64,000 nt of DNA from an uncultured Planctomycetales bacterium (GCA_964399915.1 CAYNRN010000003.1:2064-66063), one strand, 5' to 3'; shown: positions 27,814 to 36,966, counted from the first letter of the stretch. The notes: generated by a model not told the origin, from the letters alone. Program-made: numbers and translations.

Positions 27814-28421
27814 TTAGCGGTTTTTATTTTATTACCGATGCGGTTTTAAGCAGAGCGGGTAACTACAACGATGTCAGAAGCGCTTTACAGGCAGGGGTAA
27901 GAGTTATTCAGTACCGCAATAAAAGCGCCAATACCAGAGAGATGTTTGAAGAGGCGCTGCGCCTGAAAAAAATCTGCGCTAAGGCGGTCTTCCTGGTCAA
28001 TGACCGTATTGATATCGCAATGGCAGTAGGCGCTGACGGCGTCCATATTGGTGAAGACGATATTCCTTATCCCGCCGCCAGAAAATTATTGGGGAGGAAG
28101 AAGATAATCGGAGTTACGGTGCACTCGCTGGAAGCTGCCAGGAAGGCGCAGGCAGCGGGAGCGGATTATCTGGGGGCATCTCCGATATTCGCCACAAAAA
28201 CTAAAAAAAACGCCGGCAGGCCGGTAGGCACTGTTCTGATTAAAAAGTTAAAAGAAGAACTTAATCTGCCGGTTGTCGCAATCGGAGGAATAAATTTAAA
28301 GAATGCGCCTGAGGTTATCCGCGCCGGAACTGATGGTTTATGCGCGATATCTGCGGTTGTGACTAAGCCAGATGTAGAAAGAGAAATAAAGAAATTCCAG
28401 GAGCTTTTTAATGGCTGTTGA
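27810..28421 (+). CDS. thiE: Thiamine-phosphate synthase
   Basis: TMP-TENI fold motifs GADGVHIGEDD and VVAIGGIN. 203 aa. Confidence 0.8.
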   Translation: MISGFYFITDAVLSRAGNYNDVRSALQAGVRVIQYRNKSANTREMFEEALRLKKICAKAVFLVNDRIDIAMAVGADGVHIGEDDIPYPAARKLLGRKKIIGVTVHSLEAARKAQAAGADYLGASPIFATKTKKNAGRPVGTVLIKKLKEELNLPVVAIGGINLKNAPEVIRAGTDGLCAISAVVTKPDVEREIKKFQELFNGC

Positions 28422-29529
28422 TCCGGTCTGCGGGATGCAGGTTGATGAAAAAACAGGGATCAGGGTTAGCAAGGGCGGAAAAGACTTATTTTTCTGCAGC
28501 TCAAATTGCAGGGATAGATTCACAGGAAAGCCTTTCTATAAAAATAAACTTTTTTTGCTATCCGGCATCTGCCTGCTGCTTCTGGGTTTTTCGTTTGTCT
28601 TCGCTATCCTGGAGCCTTTCAGGGAATCTTTCCTGAGCTATCTGAGATCTATCTGGTGGGCGGTGCTTTTAGGGCTGCTACTGGGAGGCGTCATCGATCA
28701 TTTTGTCCCCAGTGAGTATGTATCTAAGATCTTAGCCCGCAAGGGCGCGCGGACAATCTTTAATTCCGTATTTTTGGGGTTTTTAATGAGCGCCTGCAGC
28801 CACGGGATACTGGCGCTTTCCATACAGCTGCATAAGAAGGGTGCGTCGAACCCGGCAGTGGTAAGCTTCCTCCTGGCAAGCCCCTGGGCTAATTTTGCGG
28901 TTACAATGATGATTTTAAGCTTATTCGGCATCAAGGGGTTATTCATCATTATCGCCGCTTTGGTTATCGCGCTTAATACCGGATTTATCTTTATTCTGCT
29001 TGAAAAGAATAACCTTATAGAGAAAAATAAGAATATTACCGAAGTGCCTGAGAATTTTTCGATTATCAGAGATTTCAGGAGGCGCAGCGGGGATTATAAG
29101 TTTAACCTGTATACGCTGATCAACGATATTAAGGGGATCAGGGCAGGCGCGGTATCTCTGGCAGATATGGTTTTATGGTGGATTATCCTGGGAATGTTGC
29201 TGGCAAGTTTAGCCGGGGCATATATCCCGGTGCACTTTTTCCATAAGTTTATGGGGCCGACAATGCTCGGATTACTGGTGACGCTGGGTATCGCTACGGT
29301 TATAGAGGTTTGCTCCGAGGGGTCATCGCCTTTAGCTTTTGAGATCTACCGCCAGAGCGGAGCGTTGGGAAACAGTTTTACATTTCTTATGGCAGGAGTA
29401 GTAACGGATTATACCGAAATCGGGCTTCTCTGGACGAATGTCGGTAAAAAAACCGCGCTTTGGATGCCGGTAGTGGCTGTGCCGCAGGTGATTATCCTGG
29501 GATACCTGGCTAATCTATTCCTTAAATAA
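28411..29529 (+). CDS. YHS (TRASH-like metal-binding) domain fused to a DUF318/ArsP-type permease
   Basis: N-terminus DPVCGMQVDEKTGIRVSKGGKDLFFCSSNC is a YHS domain. The membrane body has two repeated halves with an MSACSHG motif resembling the ArsP TMCSCG region. Confidence 0.55.
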   Translation: MAVDPVCGMQVDEKTGIRVSKGGKDLFFCSSNCRDRFTGKPFYKNKLFLLSGICLLLLGFSFVFAILEPFRESFLSYLRSIWWAVLLGLLLGGVIDHFVPSEYVSKILARKGARTIFNSVFLGFLMSACSHGILALSIQLHKKGASNPAVVSFLLASPWANFAVTMMILSLFGIKGLFIIIAALVIALNTGFIFILLEKNNLIEKNKNITEVPENFSIIRDFRRRSGDYKFNLYTLINDIKGIRAGAVSLADMVLWWIILGMLLASLAGAYIPVHFFHKFMGPTMLGLLVTLGIATVIEVCSEGSSPLAFEIYRQSGALGNSFTFLMAGVVTDYTEIGLLWTNVGKKTALWMPVVAVPQVIILGYLANLFLK

Positions 29530-29546
29530 ACCCAAGGAGGGGCTCT

Positions 29547-30620
29547 GTGCCTAAAATTAAAAAAGTTCTTACAGTTTTTATCGCCGTATTTGCGTTGTTT
29601 TTTATTGCTTCGGCAGTATCGGTTGCCATGTTCGGCAAGAAGTTCGCCGAGGAACAGCTTGCAAAAAACCTAAAAGAAGAAGTCAGCTTAGGCGGCATCG
29701 GCCTGAGCCTGCCCTTTAATATCCGCATTGCAGATTTAAAAATCGGGGATTTATTCAGCGCAGAAAGGGTCTCTTTTATCCCTAACCTTGCGGGGTTATT
29801 TTCAGGCAGGATAGTTTTAAGCGGGGTCTCCCTGATAAATCCCGTAGTTAATTTTGTGCAGAACTCAGACGGGAGCAATAATTTACCCGCCCTAGATAAA
29901 GGGGGGAAACAACAGCAGATAATCCTCACCGGCCTTTCCGTAAAAAACGGAAAGTTCATTTATAATGATAAGAAGATCGCGCCGCAGGGTTTTGTAACCG
30001 AGGTCGACCAGATAAACATAGAGCTTTCCAGGGCAATGCTTCCCCTTGCCGGGCTGAAGGCCAGTTTTAAGATGAGCGCGCTGGTTTTGCAGCCCGACGG
30101 GGAAGTGCTGGGAGCGCTTAAGTTTAATGGGTGGGCTGATTTTATTTCTAAAAATATGGATGCAGCTCTCACAGCCACCGACCTTAACGTCGGTTATTTT
30201 GCTCCGTATTACGGAAACTTTATCTCCGAAAAAAAGCTCGTTTCGGCTAAGCTGAACTTAGAATCAAAACTTAAGTCAAAAGACAACGCCCTTGATATCA
30301 ATTCGAACCTGGTGCTTTCAGACCTGGTTTATGCCCGGCAGGAGGCTGCCGAGCCTCAGCAGGTCGACCTTAAGGAATTATTCAGCAATACCCTTGATTT
30401 ATTTGCCGATGAACGAGGCAATATCAAGCTGAATTTTGTGATCAAGACAGATTTCGATAATCCCCGCATAACAATAGCCGCATTAAAGAAAGCAGCGTTT
30501 GAGGCAGCAGCAAAGAACCTTATCTCTCAAAGGCCGAGCCTCCTTCAGGAAAAAGTCAACACCCTAATCGGTCAATTTAAATCCCTGCGAAAAGGCGCAG
30601 AAGCGGAACAGGCGCAATAA
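29547..30620 (+). CDS. AsmA-like/DUF748-like envelope protein, N-terminally anchored (tentative)
   Basis: N-terminal TM anchor followed by a beta-rich periplasmic region (VSLGGIGLSLPFNIRIADLKIGDLFSAERVSFIPNLAGLFSGRIVLSGVSL). Confidence 0.3.
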   Translation: MPKIKKVLTVFIAVFALFFIASAVSVAMFGKKFAEEQLAKNLKEEVSLGGIGLSLPFNIRIADLKIGDLFSAERVSFIPNLAGLFSGRIVLSGVSLINPVVNFVQNSDGSNNLPALDKGGKQQQIILTGLSVKNGKFIYNDKKIAPQGFVTEVDQINIELSRAMLPLAGLKASFKMSALVLQPDGEVLGALKFNGWADFISKNMDAALTATDLNVGYFAPYYGNFISEKKLVSAKLNLESKLKSKDNALDINSNLVLSDLVYARQEAAEPQQVDLKELFSNTLDLFADERGNIKLNFVIKTDFDNPRITIAALKKAAFEAAAKNLISQRPSLLQEKVNTLIGQFKSLRKGAEAEQAQ

Positions 30621-30645
30621 AACATTCTAAAAAATAAAAAAACTC

Positions 30646-30675
30646 TTGACAAATGATACTATTATGGTATCATTT
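30646..30675 (+). promoter_or_regulatory. Promoter (TTGACA-16-TATCAT/TATTAT) with a 9-bp-arm palindrome AAATGATAC-N7-GTATCATTT bracketing the -10; candidate Rrf2 operator
   Basis: Palindrome at 30651-30675 encloses the TATTAT at 30660-30665. It lies upstream of an Rrf2-family regulator gene. Confidence 0.55.
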
Positions 30676-30704
30676 ATGTAATCGAAAAGAAAGGAGAAGA
30701 AAAG

Positions 30705-30788
30705 ATGGATATTACCGTCAGATACATGCTTAGGCCGGTAGCCCACTGTAAAGAAGGCTGCCAGTTTTTGCCCCGGGCAAGGCGTTAA
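30705..30788 (+). CDS. Possible 27-aa leader/small ORF (MDITVRYMLRPVAHCKEGCQFLPRARR) upstream of the Rrf2 gene; speculative
   Basis: AAGGAG RBS 8 nt upstream of the ATG. Two Cys. A GC-rich hairpin TTGCCCCGGGCAA lies within its 3' end. Confidence 0.2.
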   Translation: MDITVRYMLRPVAHCKEGCQFLPRARR

Positions 30789-30821
30789 ACTGCCCATTTG
30801 TTTTTATTTTAAGGAGTATTT

Positions 30822-31226
30822 ATGAAACTGATTACCAGGGATACTGATTATGCGTTGAGGGCGGTTTGTTTTATCGCCGGTCAAAAGGAGAGGGTTGTTG
30901 CAGCCTCCGAATTAGCCGAGGCACTGAAAGTCCCGCGCCCTTTCTTGAGAAAACTGCTTCAGGTTTTGAACAGGAAGAATGTGCTTATATCTTTGCGCGG
31001 CATAGGCGGAGGATTCTTATTAGCCAGGACGGCAGATAAGATTTATCTAACTGAATTGATAAAGATATTCCAGGGGCCGTTTTCCCTGAACGAATGTTCC
31101 TTAAAGAAAAAGCCCTGCCCCGAAAGAAAAATCTGCCCTTTGAGAAAGAAAATATGCAGGATAGAACGCTATCTATTAAGGGAATTAAGCGCCGTCAGCG
31201 TAGGTTCTTTATTAAAGAGAAAGTAA
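30822..31226 (+). CDS. Rrf2 family transcriptional regulator (IscR/NsrR-like; three clustered Cys, likely Fe-S sensing)
   Basis: Rrf2 wHTH N-terminus (MKLITRDTDYALRAVCFIA...SELAEALKVPRPFLRKLLQVL). C-terminal CSLKKKPCPERKICP. Confidence 0.8.
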   Translation: MKLITRDTDYALRAVCFIAGQKERVVAASELAEALKVPRPFLRKLLQVLNRKNVLISLRGIGGGFLLARTADKIYLTELIKIFQGPFSLNECSLKKKPCPERKICPLRKKICRIERYLLRELSAVSVGSLLKRK

Positions 31227-31230
31227 TTCA

Positions 31231-32064
31231 ATGAACAAGAGGAAGATTATAAAAATAAACGAAGAAAAATGCAACGGCTGCGGCCTTTGCATCCCAAATT
31301 GCCCGGAAGGGGCATTACAGATTATTGACGGCAAAGCCCGGTTAATCAGCGACCTTTTCTGTGACGGCTTAGGGGCCTGTATCGGGCATTGCCCAGAGGG
31401 CGCCATTACTATAGTGGAGCGGGAGGCCGGAGAATACGAAGAGAAAAAGGTAATGGCCAATATCGTAAAGCAGGGTAAAAACGTGATCAAAGCCCATCTT
31501 AAGCACCTTAATGATCATAACGAAACCCGATATTTAAATCAGGCGCTTGCCTATTTGAAGGAAGAGGGCATTGAAAATCCTCTTGCTGATGAATCTAAGG
31601 GGAAGCCTGTTTTGCCTTGCGGTTGCCCCGGGACTAAAGTGGTTGACTTCAGGAAAGAAGGCGCCGCTAAAAAGCCAGAATCATCCCCGCGGCAGGAATC
31701 CGAATTAAGGCAGTGGCCGGTGCAGACCATGCTTGTGCCGGCGCACGCTCCTTATCTGGACGGCGCGGATTTACTGATTGCCGCAGACTGCGTGCCTTTT
31801 GCTTATGCCGGCTTCCATAATCAGCTGCTAAAGGATAAGATCCTGCTTGTGGGCTGCCCGAAGCTTGATGATATCGGCATATATGCGCAGAAGCTGAGAG
31901 AGATATTTAAGGGGCGCGATATCAAATCAGTAACCTACGCCCATATGGAAGTGCCTTGTTGTTTCGGCTTGGTAGAGACGATTAAATCGGCGATTTCCGA
32001 CTCCGGAAAAGCAATACCTTTCAAAGAAGCGATTATCAGCATAAAAGGAGAGAGGATTAAGTGA
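31231..32064 (+). CDS. 4Fe-4S dicluster ferredoxin-domain protein with a Cys-containing C-terminal domain of unknown function
   Basis: CNGCGLCIPNCP and CDGLGACIGHCP motifs. The C-terminal 180 aa (LVGCPKLDD...EVPCCFG) is unassigned. Confidence 0.6.
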   Translation: MNKRKIIKINEEKCNGCGLCIPNCPEGALQIIDGKARLISDLFCDGLGACIGHCPEGAITIVEREAGEYEEKKVMANIVKQGKNVIKAHLKHLNDHNETRYLNQALAYLKEEGIENPLADESKGKPVLPCGCPGTKVVDFRKEGAAKKPESSPRQESELRQWPVQTMLVPAHAPYLDGADLLIAADCVPFAYAGFHNQLLKDKILLVGCPKLDDIGIYAQKLREIFKGRDIKSVTYAHMEVPCCFGLVETIKSAISDSGKAIPFKEAIISIKGERIK

Positions 32065-32312
32065 TATTCAAGTGCCCGGGGCAGGACAGCAGGAATATAA
32101 AGGGAGAGGCAATAAAATGCCCCAAGTGCGGATATAGGGCAGAGATTTTCTCTGACGAGATAAAGGTCAGGTGCCCGGAGTGCAAGATTTTAATCTCCAG
32201 GCAGAGGCTGCCCTCATGCATTGACTGGTGTAAATCCGCCCGGGCGTGCCTTGGGCAAGAGAGGTGGAACAGGTTAAGCAAAGGTGGTATAATTGAAAAC
32301 AAGGGAGGATAA
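32061..32312 (+). CDS. Small Cys-rich zinc-ribbon protein
   Basis: CPGQ...CPKCG...CPECK...C..C..C pattern. 83 aa. Confidence 0.4.
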   Translation: MIFKCPGQDSRNIKGEAIKCPKCGYRAEIFSDEIKVRCPECKILISRQRLPSCIDWCKSARACLGQERWNRLSKGGIIENKGG

Positions 32313-32317
32313 TTCAG

Positions 32318-32476
32318 ATGGAAAAATATAAGTGTACCGTCTGCAGTTATATCTATGACCCGGCAAAGGGCGATGATACTCAAGGGATTAAACCCGGAAC
32401 ACCATTCGCGGACTTACCGGATAGCTGGGTGTGCCCTGATTGCGGCGTGGGCAAGGACTTATTCGAAAAGCTATAA
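32318..32476 (+). CDS. rub: Rubredoxin (52 aa; not in the ORF track because it is <60 aa)
   Basis: [52 protein letters not shown], with canonical CxxC...CPxCG rubredoxin knuckles. RBS GGGAGG 8 nt upstream. Confidence 0.9.
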   Translation: MEKYKCTVCSYIYDPAKGDDTQGIKPGTPFADLPDSWVCPDCGVGKDLFEKL

Positions 32477-32485
32477 GAGTTCAAG

Positions 32486-33193
32486 ATGATAAAAGAATTA
32501 GAGGCCAGGATAAAAGAGATAATCCCGCGTACTTATAATGTGATAAGTTTCCGTGCAGAGGCTTCAGCCGGAGCCGATTTTAAAGCCGGACAGTTCATGG
32601 AGGTTTCCCTGAAAACAAAGCCGGTTTTAAAGAGATATCTGTCGATATCCAGTTCTCCTACCGAAAAGGGGTATCTTGAATTCACCAAAAAGATTACTCA
32701 GAGCGATTTTTGTAAGGCCCTGCAGAATTTAAAACCTGGAGATTTTCTGAATTTAAGATATCCGCTGGGTAAGTTTACCTTATCGGGAGGCGAGAAAAAG
32801 ATCGCTTTTTTATCGGGCGGCATAGGAATTACGCCGATCAGAAGCATAGTAAAATTTATTGTGGATACGAAATTAGGGCTTGATATGGTGCTGTTTTACG
32901 CCAACCGTTCAGCAAAAGATATCGCTTTCTGGGAAGATTTTGAGGATATGCAGCGTAGCTACGCCAAACTTAAAGTTATACATGTCATCAGCGAATTTTC
33001 CCAGGGCTTGACTGGCTGTAAATCCGGGATGATTAACGCAGAAATGATCAGAGAGTGCCTGTCGGATTACGCAGAGCGTAAATTCTATCTCTGCGGGCCT
33101 CCGGTAATGGTAAGCGCGATGCAGGCAATACTCTCCAAAGAGCTAAGCCTGCCCTACAGCCAAGTTATTACAGAGAATTTTCAAGGTTATTAA
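32486..33193 (+). CDS. FNR-like FAD/NAD(P)H oxidoreductase (candidate NAD(P)H:rubredoxin oxidoreductase)
   Basis: FAD-binding RYLSISS and NAD-binding AFLSGGIGITPIRS motifs. C-terminal YLCGPPVMV. Confidence 0.65.
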   Translation: MIKELEARIKEIIPRTYNVISFRAEASAGADFKAGQFMEVSLKTKPVLKRYLSISSSPTEKGYLEFTKKITQSDFCKALQNLKPGDFLNLRYPLGKFTLSGGEKKIAFLSGGIGITPIRSIVKFIVDTKLGLDMVLFYANRSAKDIAFWEDFEDMQRSYAKLKVIHVISEFSQGLTGCKSGMINAEMIRECLSDYAERKFYLCGPPVMVSAMQAILSKELSLPYSQVITENFQGY

Positions 33194-33203
33194 GGAGGTA
33201 AAT

Positions 33204-34397
33204 ATGCCGGTGCTTAAAATACTCCCCAATATTTATTCTGTGGGCGCAATAGACTGGGATGTGCGTAATTTTCACGGCCATACTTATACTACAAAAAGAG
33301 GCACTACCTATAATTCTTATCTTATAGTAGATGAGAAGATCGCCTTGGTAGATACGGTTTACGGGCCTTTCGCCGATGAACTGATTGAGAATATAAAGAG
33401 TATCGTCCTCCCGGAAAAAATAGATTTTGTGATTGCTAATCATGTGGAGACGGATCATTCAGGGGCGCTGCCTGCGATTATGAAGCTTTGCCCCAAAGCT
33501 AAAGTAATCGGGACTCAGAAATGCAAGGAAGGTTTATATAAGCATTATTACGGCAATTGGGATTTTCAGGTGGTAAAGACAGGCGATAAGATTAAACTCG
33601 GCTCGCGCAGCCTTACCTTTATGGAGGCGCCGATGATCCACTGGCCGGACAGTATGTTTACCTATTGTCCCGAAGAACAGCTGCTGCTTCCCAATGATGC
33701 TTTCGGGCAGCATTATGCCACAAGCGGGCGGTTTGACGACGAGGTAGACCAATGCGCGCTTATGGATGAGGCAAAAAAATATTACGCCAATATACTCTGG
33801 CCGTTAAGTTCCCTGATCCAGAGGAAGATTGAGGAAGTGCAGAAGTTAAATCTAGCGATCAAAATTATTGCCCCGAGCCACGGGGTGATCTGGCGCAAGG
33901 ACCCGATGAAGATTGTCAAGGCGTATCTGGCATGGGCTAAAAACGAAACTGTCCCTAAGGCGGTGATTGTTTATGAGACGATGTGGGGGGCAACCGAAAA
34001 GATGGCCCGCAGGATCACTGACGGCATAGTTGATTCCGGTGCCGAGGCTAAGGTTTATAATATCGCAACAAGCGACAGGACAGAAGTATTAAATGATATG
34101 CTTGACGCAAAAGGATTTTTGTTCGGCTCTTCTACTCACGATAATGATATGCTGCCTTCGATAGCAGCGTTTATGGAGCTTTTTAAAGGGTTAAAGCCGA
34201 AAAACCGCATTGCCGCTGTTTTCGGCTCGCATGGCTGGGCCGGCGGGGCAGTGAAAGAAATAGAGGCGGTAGCCAGGGAAGCGGGAGCCGAGGTTATCCA
34301 GCCCGGGCTTGCGCTGCAATACGTTCCGGATGCCCGGGAACTGGAAAACTGTTATGAATTCGGGAAGAGTTTTGCGCAAAGAATAAAAGGAGGATAA
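33204..34397 (+). CDS. Flavodiiron protein (rubredoxin:oxygen/NO oxidoreductase, FprA/ROO family)
   Basis: Metallo-beta-lactamase-like diiron domain (HVETDHSGALP) fused to a flavodoxin domain (AVIVYETMWGATEKMA). 397 aa. Confidence 0.8.
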   Translation: MPVLKILPNIYSVGAIDWDVRNFHGHTYTTKRGTTYNSYLIVDEKIALVDTVYGPFADELIENIKSIVLPEKIDFVIANHVETDHSGALPAIMKLCPKAKVIGTQKCKEGLYKHYYGNWDFQVVKTGDKIKLGSRSLTFMEAPMIHWPDSMFTYCPEEQLLLPNDAFGQHYATSGRFDDEVDQCALMDEAKKYYANILWPLSSLIQRKIEEVQKLNLAIKIIAPSHGVIWRKDPMKIVKAYLAWAKNETVPKAVIVYETMWGATEKMARRITDGIVDSGAEAKVYNIATSDRTEVLNDMLDAKGFLFGSSTHDNDMLPSIAAFMELFKGLKPKNRIAAVFGSHGWAGGAVKEIEAVAREAGAEVIQPGLALQYVPDARELENCYEFGKSFAQRIKGG

Positions 34398-34398
34398 G

Positions 34399-34839
34399 AT
34401 GAATACTTTTATCTGCGGTAAATGCGGGTACTTGGCTTTTGATCAGGCGCCGGATATCTGTCCGGTTTGCGGCGCTAAGAAAGAGGCCTTTGAAGCCGAT
34501 CCCTCTGCGATTAAAAAACCGGCCGATCCTAAAAGCCTTAATGATCTGGAGAAAAAGCATATCCCGGCTATAACGTTAGTCAGGAAATGCGGGCTGGTAC
34601 CTCAAGGCTGTATAGACGTACATATTAAGGTAGGGGAAATCCTGCACGTAATGGAAGCCAAACACTTTATTATGTACATAGATGTCTATCTGGATAAAAA
34701 TTTTATTGCCCGCTACCATATGACACCCGATAAATTAAACCCGGTTTTAAGCCTGCATCTTAAGGCCGACAAGGGAGAGTTGCTGGCGCTGGAAAATTGT
34801 AACCTCCACGGCAGGTGGGTTGCCGGGGCAACAATCTGA
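34399..34839 (+). CDS. Superoxide reductase (desulfoferrodoxin/neelaredoxin family) with N-terminal rubredoxin-like zinc ribbon
   Basis: N-terminal CGKCG...CPVCG. SOR-domain ligand pattern EKKHIPAI...H....H...C..H (CNLHGRW). Confidence 0.7.
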   Translation: MNTFICGKCGYLAFDQAPDICPVCGAKKEAFEADPSAIKKPADPKSLNDLEKKHIPAITLVRKCGLVPQGCIDVHIKVGEILHVMEAKHFIMYIDVYLDKNFIARYHMTPDKLNPVLSLHLKADKGELLALENCNLHGRWVAGATI

Positions 34840-35309
34840 TGGTTGCTTTAAGTGGCAGTATAATTAATTTTTTTCAGGATCAGGGGTGCGTTCTGGTCAA
34901 TAGTATCGATGAAAACGGCACGCCGCACAGCGCCTGTAAGGGGATAGTCGAGATAACGAAAAACGGGCGCGTTTTTCTATTCGACCTTTACCGGCAAAAG
35001 ACCCATAATAACCTACTGCTCAATCCTAAAATAAGTATCACCGCTTTCAACGAGCATAAGTTTATCGGTTATTGCCTTAAAGGCAGGGCCTCTGCTGTTA
35101 CCGCCGGAGAGATTAACGCCGACCTGATCAAGGCTTGGGAGGAACGGATTACCAGCAGGCTTACGCAGAGGTTATTAAAGAATATTCACGAAGAAAAGGG
35201 CCATCCGTATCATCCGGAAGCGCTCTTGCCTAAGCCGCAATATCTTATTGCAATGGATGTCGAAGAGATAGTGGATTTGACGCCGCAGCATATTAAAGAC
35301 AGGGGGTAG
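34839..35309 (+). CDS. Pyridoxamine 5'-phosphate oxidase-like FMN-binding split-barrel protein (tentative)
   Basis: Start chosen at ATG 34839 (overlapping the SOR stop as TGATG) instead of 34815. About 156 aa with an FMN-binding split-barrel-like pattern. Confidence 0.35.
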   Translation: MVALSGSIINFFQDQGCVLVNSIDENGTPHSACKGIVEITKNGRVFLFDLYRQKTHNNLLLNPKISITAFNEHKFIGYCLKGRASAVTAGEINADLIKAWEERITSRLTQRLLKNIHEEKGHPYHPEALLPKPQYLIAMDVEEIVDLTPQHIKDRG

Positions 35310-35312
35310 AAG

Positions 35313-35789
35313 ATGGGGAATATCTTTGCAGCCAGCGAGATCGTAGAGATAGGGATTCAGATCGAAAGAAACGGCAAAGATTTTTACGAAACTCTCAGCC
35401 GTAATAGCAAGGATCTCAAAGTGCAGGATACCTTCAATTTCCTTTCCGGCGAAGAAGCGAAACATATCGCTGCTTTCCAGAAGATACTCGGTTCGATAGG
35501 AAAATATGAGCCGCAGGGGCTGGATTCGGATGATTACTACGCCTATATGAATGCCTTATCTGCTGACAGCGTGTTTACCCAGAAAGATAAGGGAAGAGAA
35601 CTGGCAGCTAAGGTTAAAAACAATACCCAGGCGATTGATATGGGTATTCAGGCGGAGAAGGATTCAATTGTCTTTTATGAAGGGATAAAAAAGGCAGTAC
35701 CGGATTATGACCACAAGGCTGTAGATGAGATAATCCGTCAGGAGCAGGAACATTTAGGCATGTTATTGGGTTTAAAGAGAAAAATCTAA
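35313..35789 (+). CDS. Rubrerythrin-family ferritin-like diiron protein (no rubredoxin domain)
   Basis: Paired ExxH motifs (EEAKH; EQEH) plus E residues (IQIERNG, QAEKDS) of a four-helix-bundle diiron site. Confidence 0.6.
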   Translation: MGNIFAASEIVEIGIQIERNGKDFYETLSRNSKDLKVQDTFNFLSGEEAKHIAAFQKILGSIGKYEPQGLDSDDYYAYMNALSADSVFTQKDKGRELAAKVKNNTQAIDMGIQAEKDSIVFYEGIKKAVPDYDHKAVDEIIRQEQEHLGMLLGLKRKI

Positions 35790-35802
35790 GAGGAGGCTCT
35801 TA

Positions 35803-36039
35803 ATGGCTAAGTCGGTAAAAGTATACTCTACGCCAACTTGCCCCTGGTGCATTAAAGTTAAGCAGTTCCTTTCCGAAAATAATATCGCTTTTGAGAACTT
35901 TGATGTATCAAGCGATCAGGATAAAGCCCAGGAGATGATTAATAAAACCGGGCAGATGGGCGTGCCGGTTATCGACGTTGAAGGCGAGATCATCGTCGGG
36001 TTTGATAAAGATAAGATAAAACGAACCTTAGGAATATGA
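35803..36039 (+). CDS. Glutaredoxin-like protein (NrdH/YruB family)
   Basis: CPWC active site (VYSTPTCPWCIKVKQFL). GVPVI cis-Pro motif. 78 aa. Confidence 0.8.
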   Translation: MAKSVKVYSTPTCPWCIKVKQFLSENNIAFENFDVSSDQDKAQEMINKTGQMGVPVIDVEGEIIVGFDKDKIKRTLGI

Positions 36040-36953
36040 CCTACGATTTAGTCGTCATCGGCGCCGGGCCCGCTGGTATTACCGCAGCGATTTATGCAGC
36101 CAGAAAACGTTTAAATACCCTGGTGATTACCAAGGATATCGGGGGACAGGCGGCGTGGAGCGGGGATATCGAGAATTACATCGGATACCAATTTATCACT
36201 GGTCCTGACCTGGTAGAAAAGTTTGAAGAGCACCTGCGTAAATATGATATCGTTTTAAAAGAAAACGAAGCTGTTCAGACAGTAGAGAAACAAGGGAATA
36301 AAATTAAAGTCAAGACAGACAAGGCTGAATATGATTCCCGTACCGTGATTATTGCCTGCGGAAAGCGCTCTCGCGAATTGAATGTCCCGGGAGAAAAAGA
36401 ATTTAAGAATAAAGGCCTTACTTACTGCGCCACCTGTGACGGCCCGTTATTCAGCGGCAAAGATGTAGCGGTTATCGGAGGAGGTAATTCCGCCCTGGAT
36501 GCGGCACTGCAGTTAGCCAATATCGCTAGAAAAGTATATATTATCAATAATACCGTGCAGTTGGTAGGCGATGAAATAATGCTTGAGAAATTAACCGGTA
36601 ATACCAAAGTCGCGGTATTTAATGATGCCCGGGTTTTGGAGGTCTTTGGGGATAAATTTGTTAGCGGCCTGAAGATAAAACAGCAGGGTAGGGAGCAGGA
36701 ATTAACTGTTCAGGGCGTCTTTGTTGAAATCGGGCTCCTGCCTAACTCAAGGATCGTTCCGCAGGCGGCTAAGAACGTTTCTGCGGAAATTAAGGTTAAC
36801 TTTGCCAACGAAACCAGTATCCCGGCAGTATTCGCCGCCGGAGACGTAACCGATGTGCCGGAGAAACAAATCATTATTGCCGCCGGAGAAGGTGCTAAGG
36901 CCGCATTAAGCGCGTTCCGATATCTTGCCAGAAACAGGTTCAACCAGGAGTAA
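36036..36953 (+). CDS. trxB: Thioredoxin-disulfide reductase
   Basis: FAD motif VVIGAGPAG, redox-active CATCDG, NADPH motif GGGNSA. 305 aa. Confidence 0.8.
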   Translation: MTYDLVVIGAGPAGITAAIYAARKRLNTLVITKDIGGQAAWSGDIENYIGYQFITGPDLVEKFEEHLRKYDIVLKENEAVQTVEKQGNKIKVKTDKAEYDSRTVIIACGKRSRELNVPGEKEFKNKGLTYCATCDGPLFSGKDVAVIGGGNSALDAALQLANIARKVYIINNTVQLVGDEIMLEKLTGNTKVAVFNDARVLEVFGDKFVSGLKIKQQGREQELTVQGVFVEIGLLPNSRIVPQAAKNVSAEIKVNFANETSIPAVFAAGDVTDVPEKQIIIAAGEGAKAALSAFRYLARNRFNQE

Positions 36954-36966
36954 TTTTCAAAACCTC

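Noticed and set aside
34815-34838. Longer start for the PNPOx-like gene (MGCRGNNL...)
   Set aside because: That start would overlap the superoxide reductase C-terminus by 25 nt. ATG 34839 forms the common TGATG stop/start overlap and was preferred.
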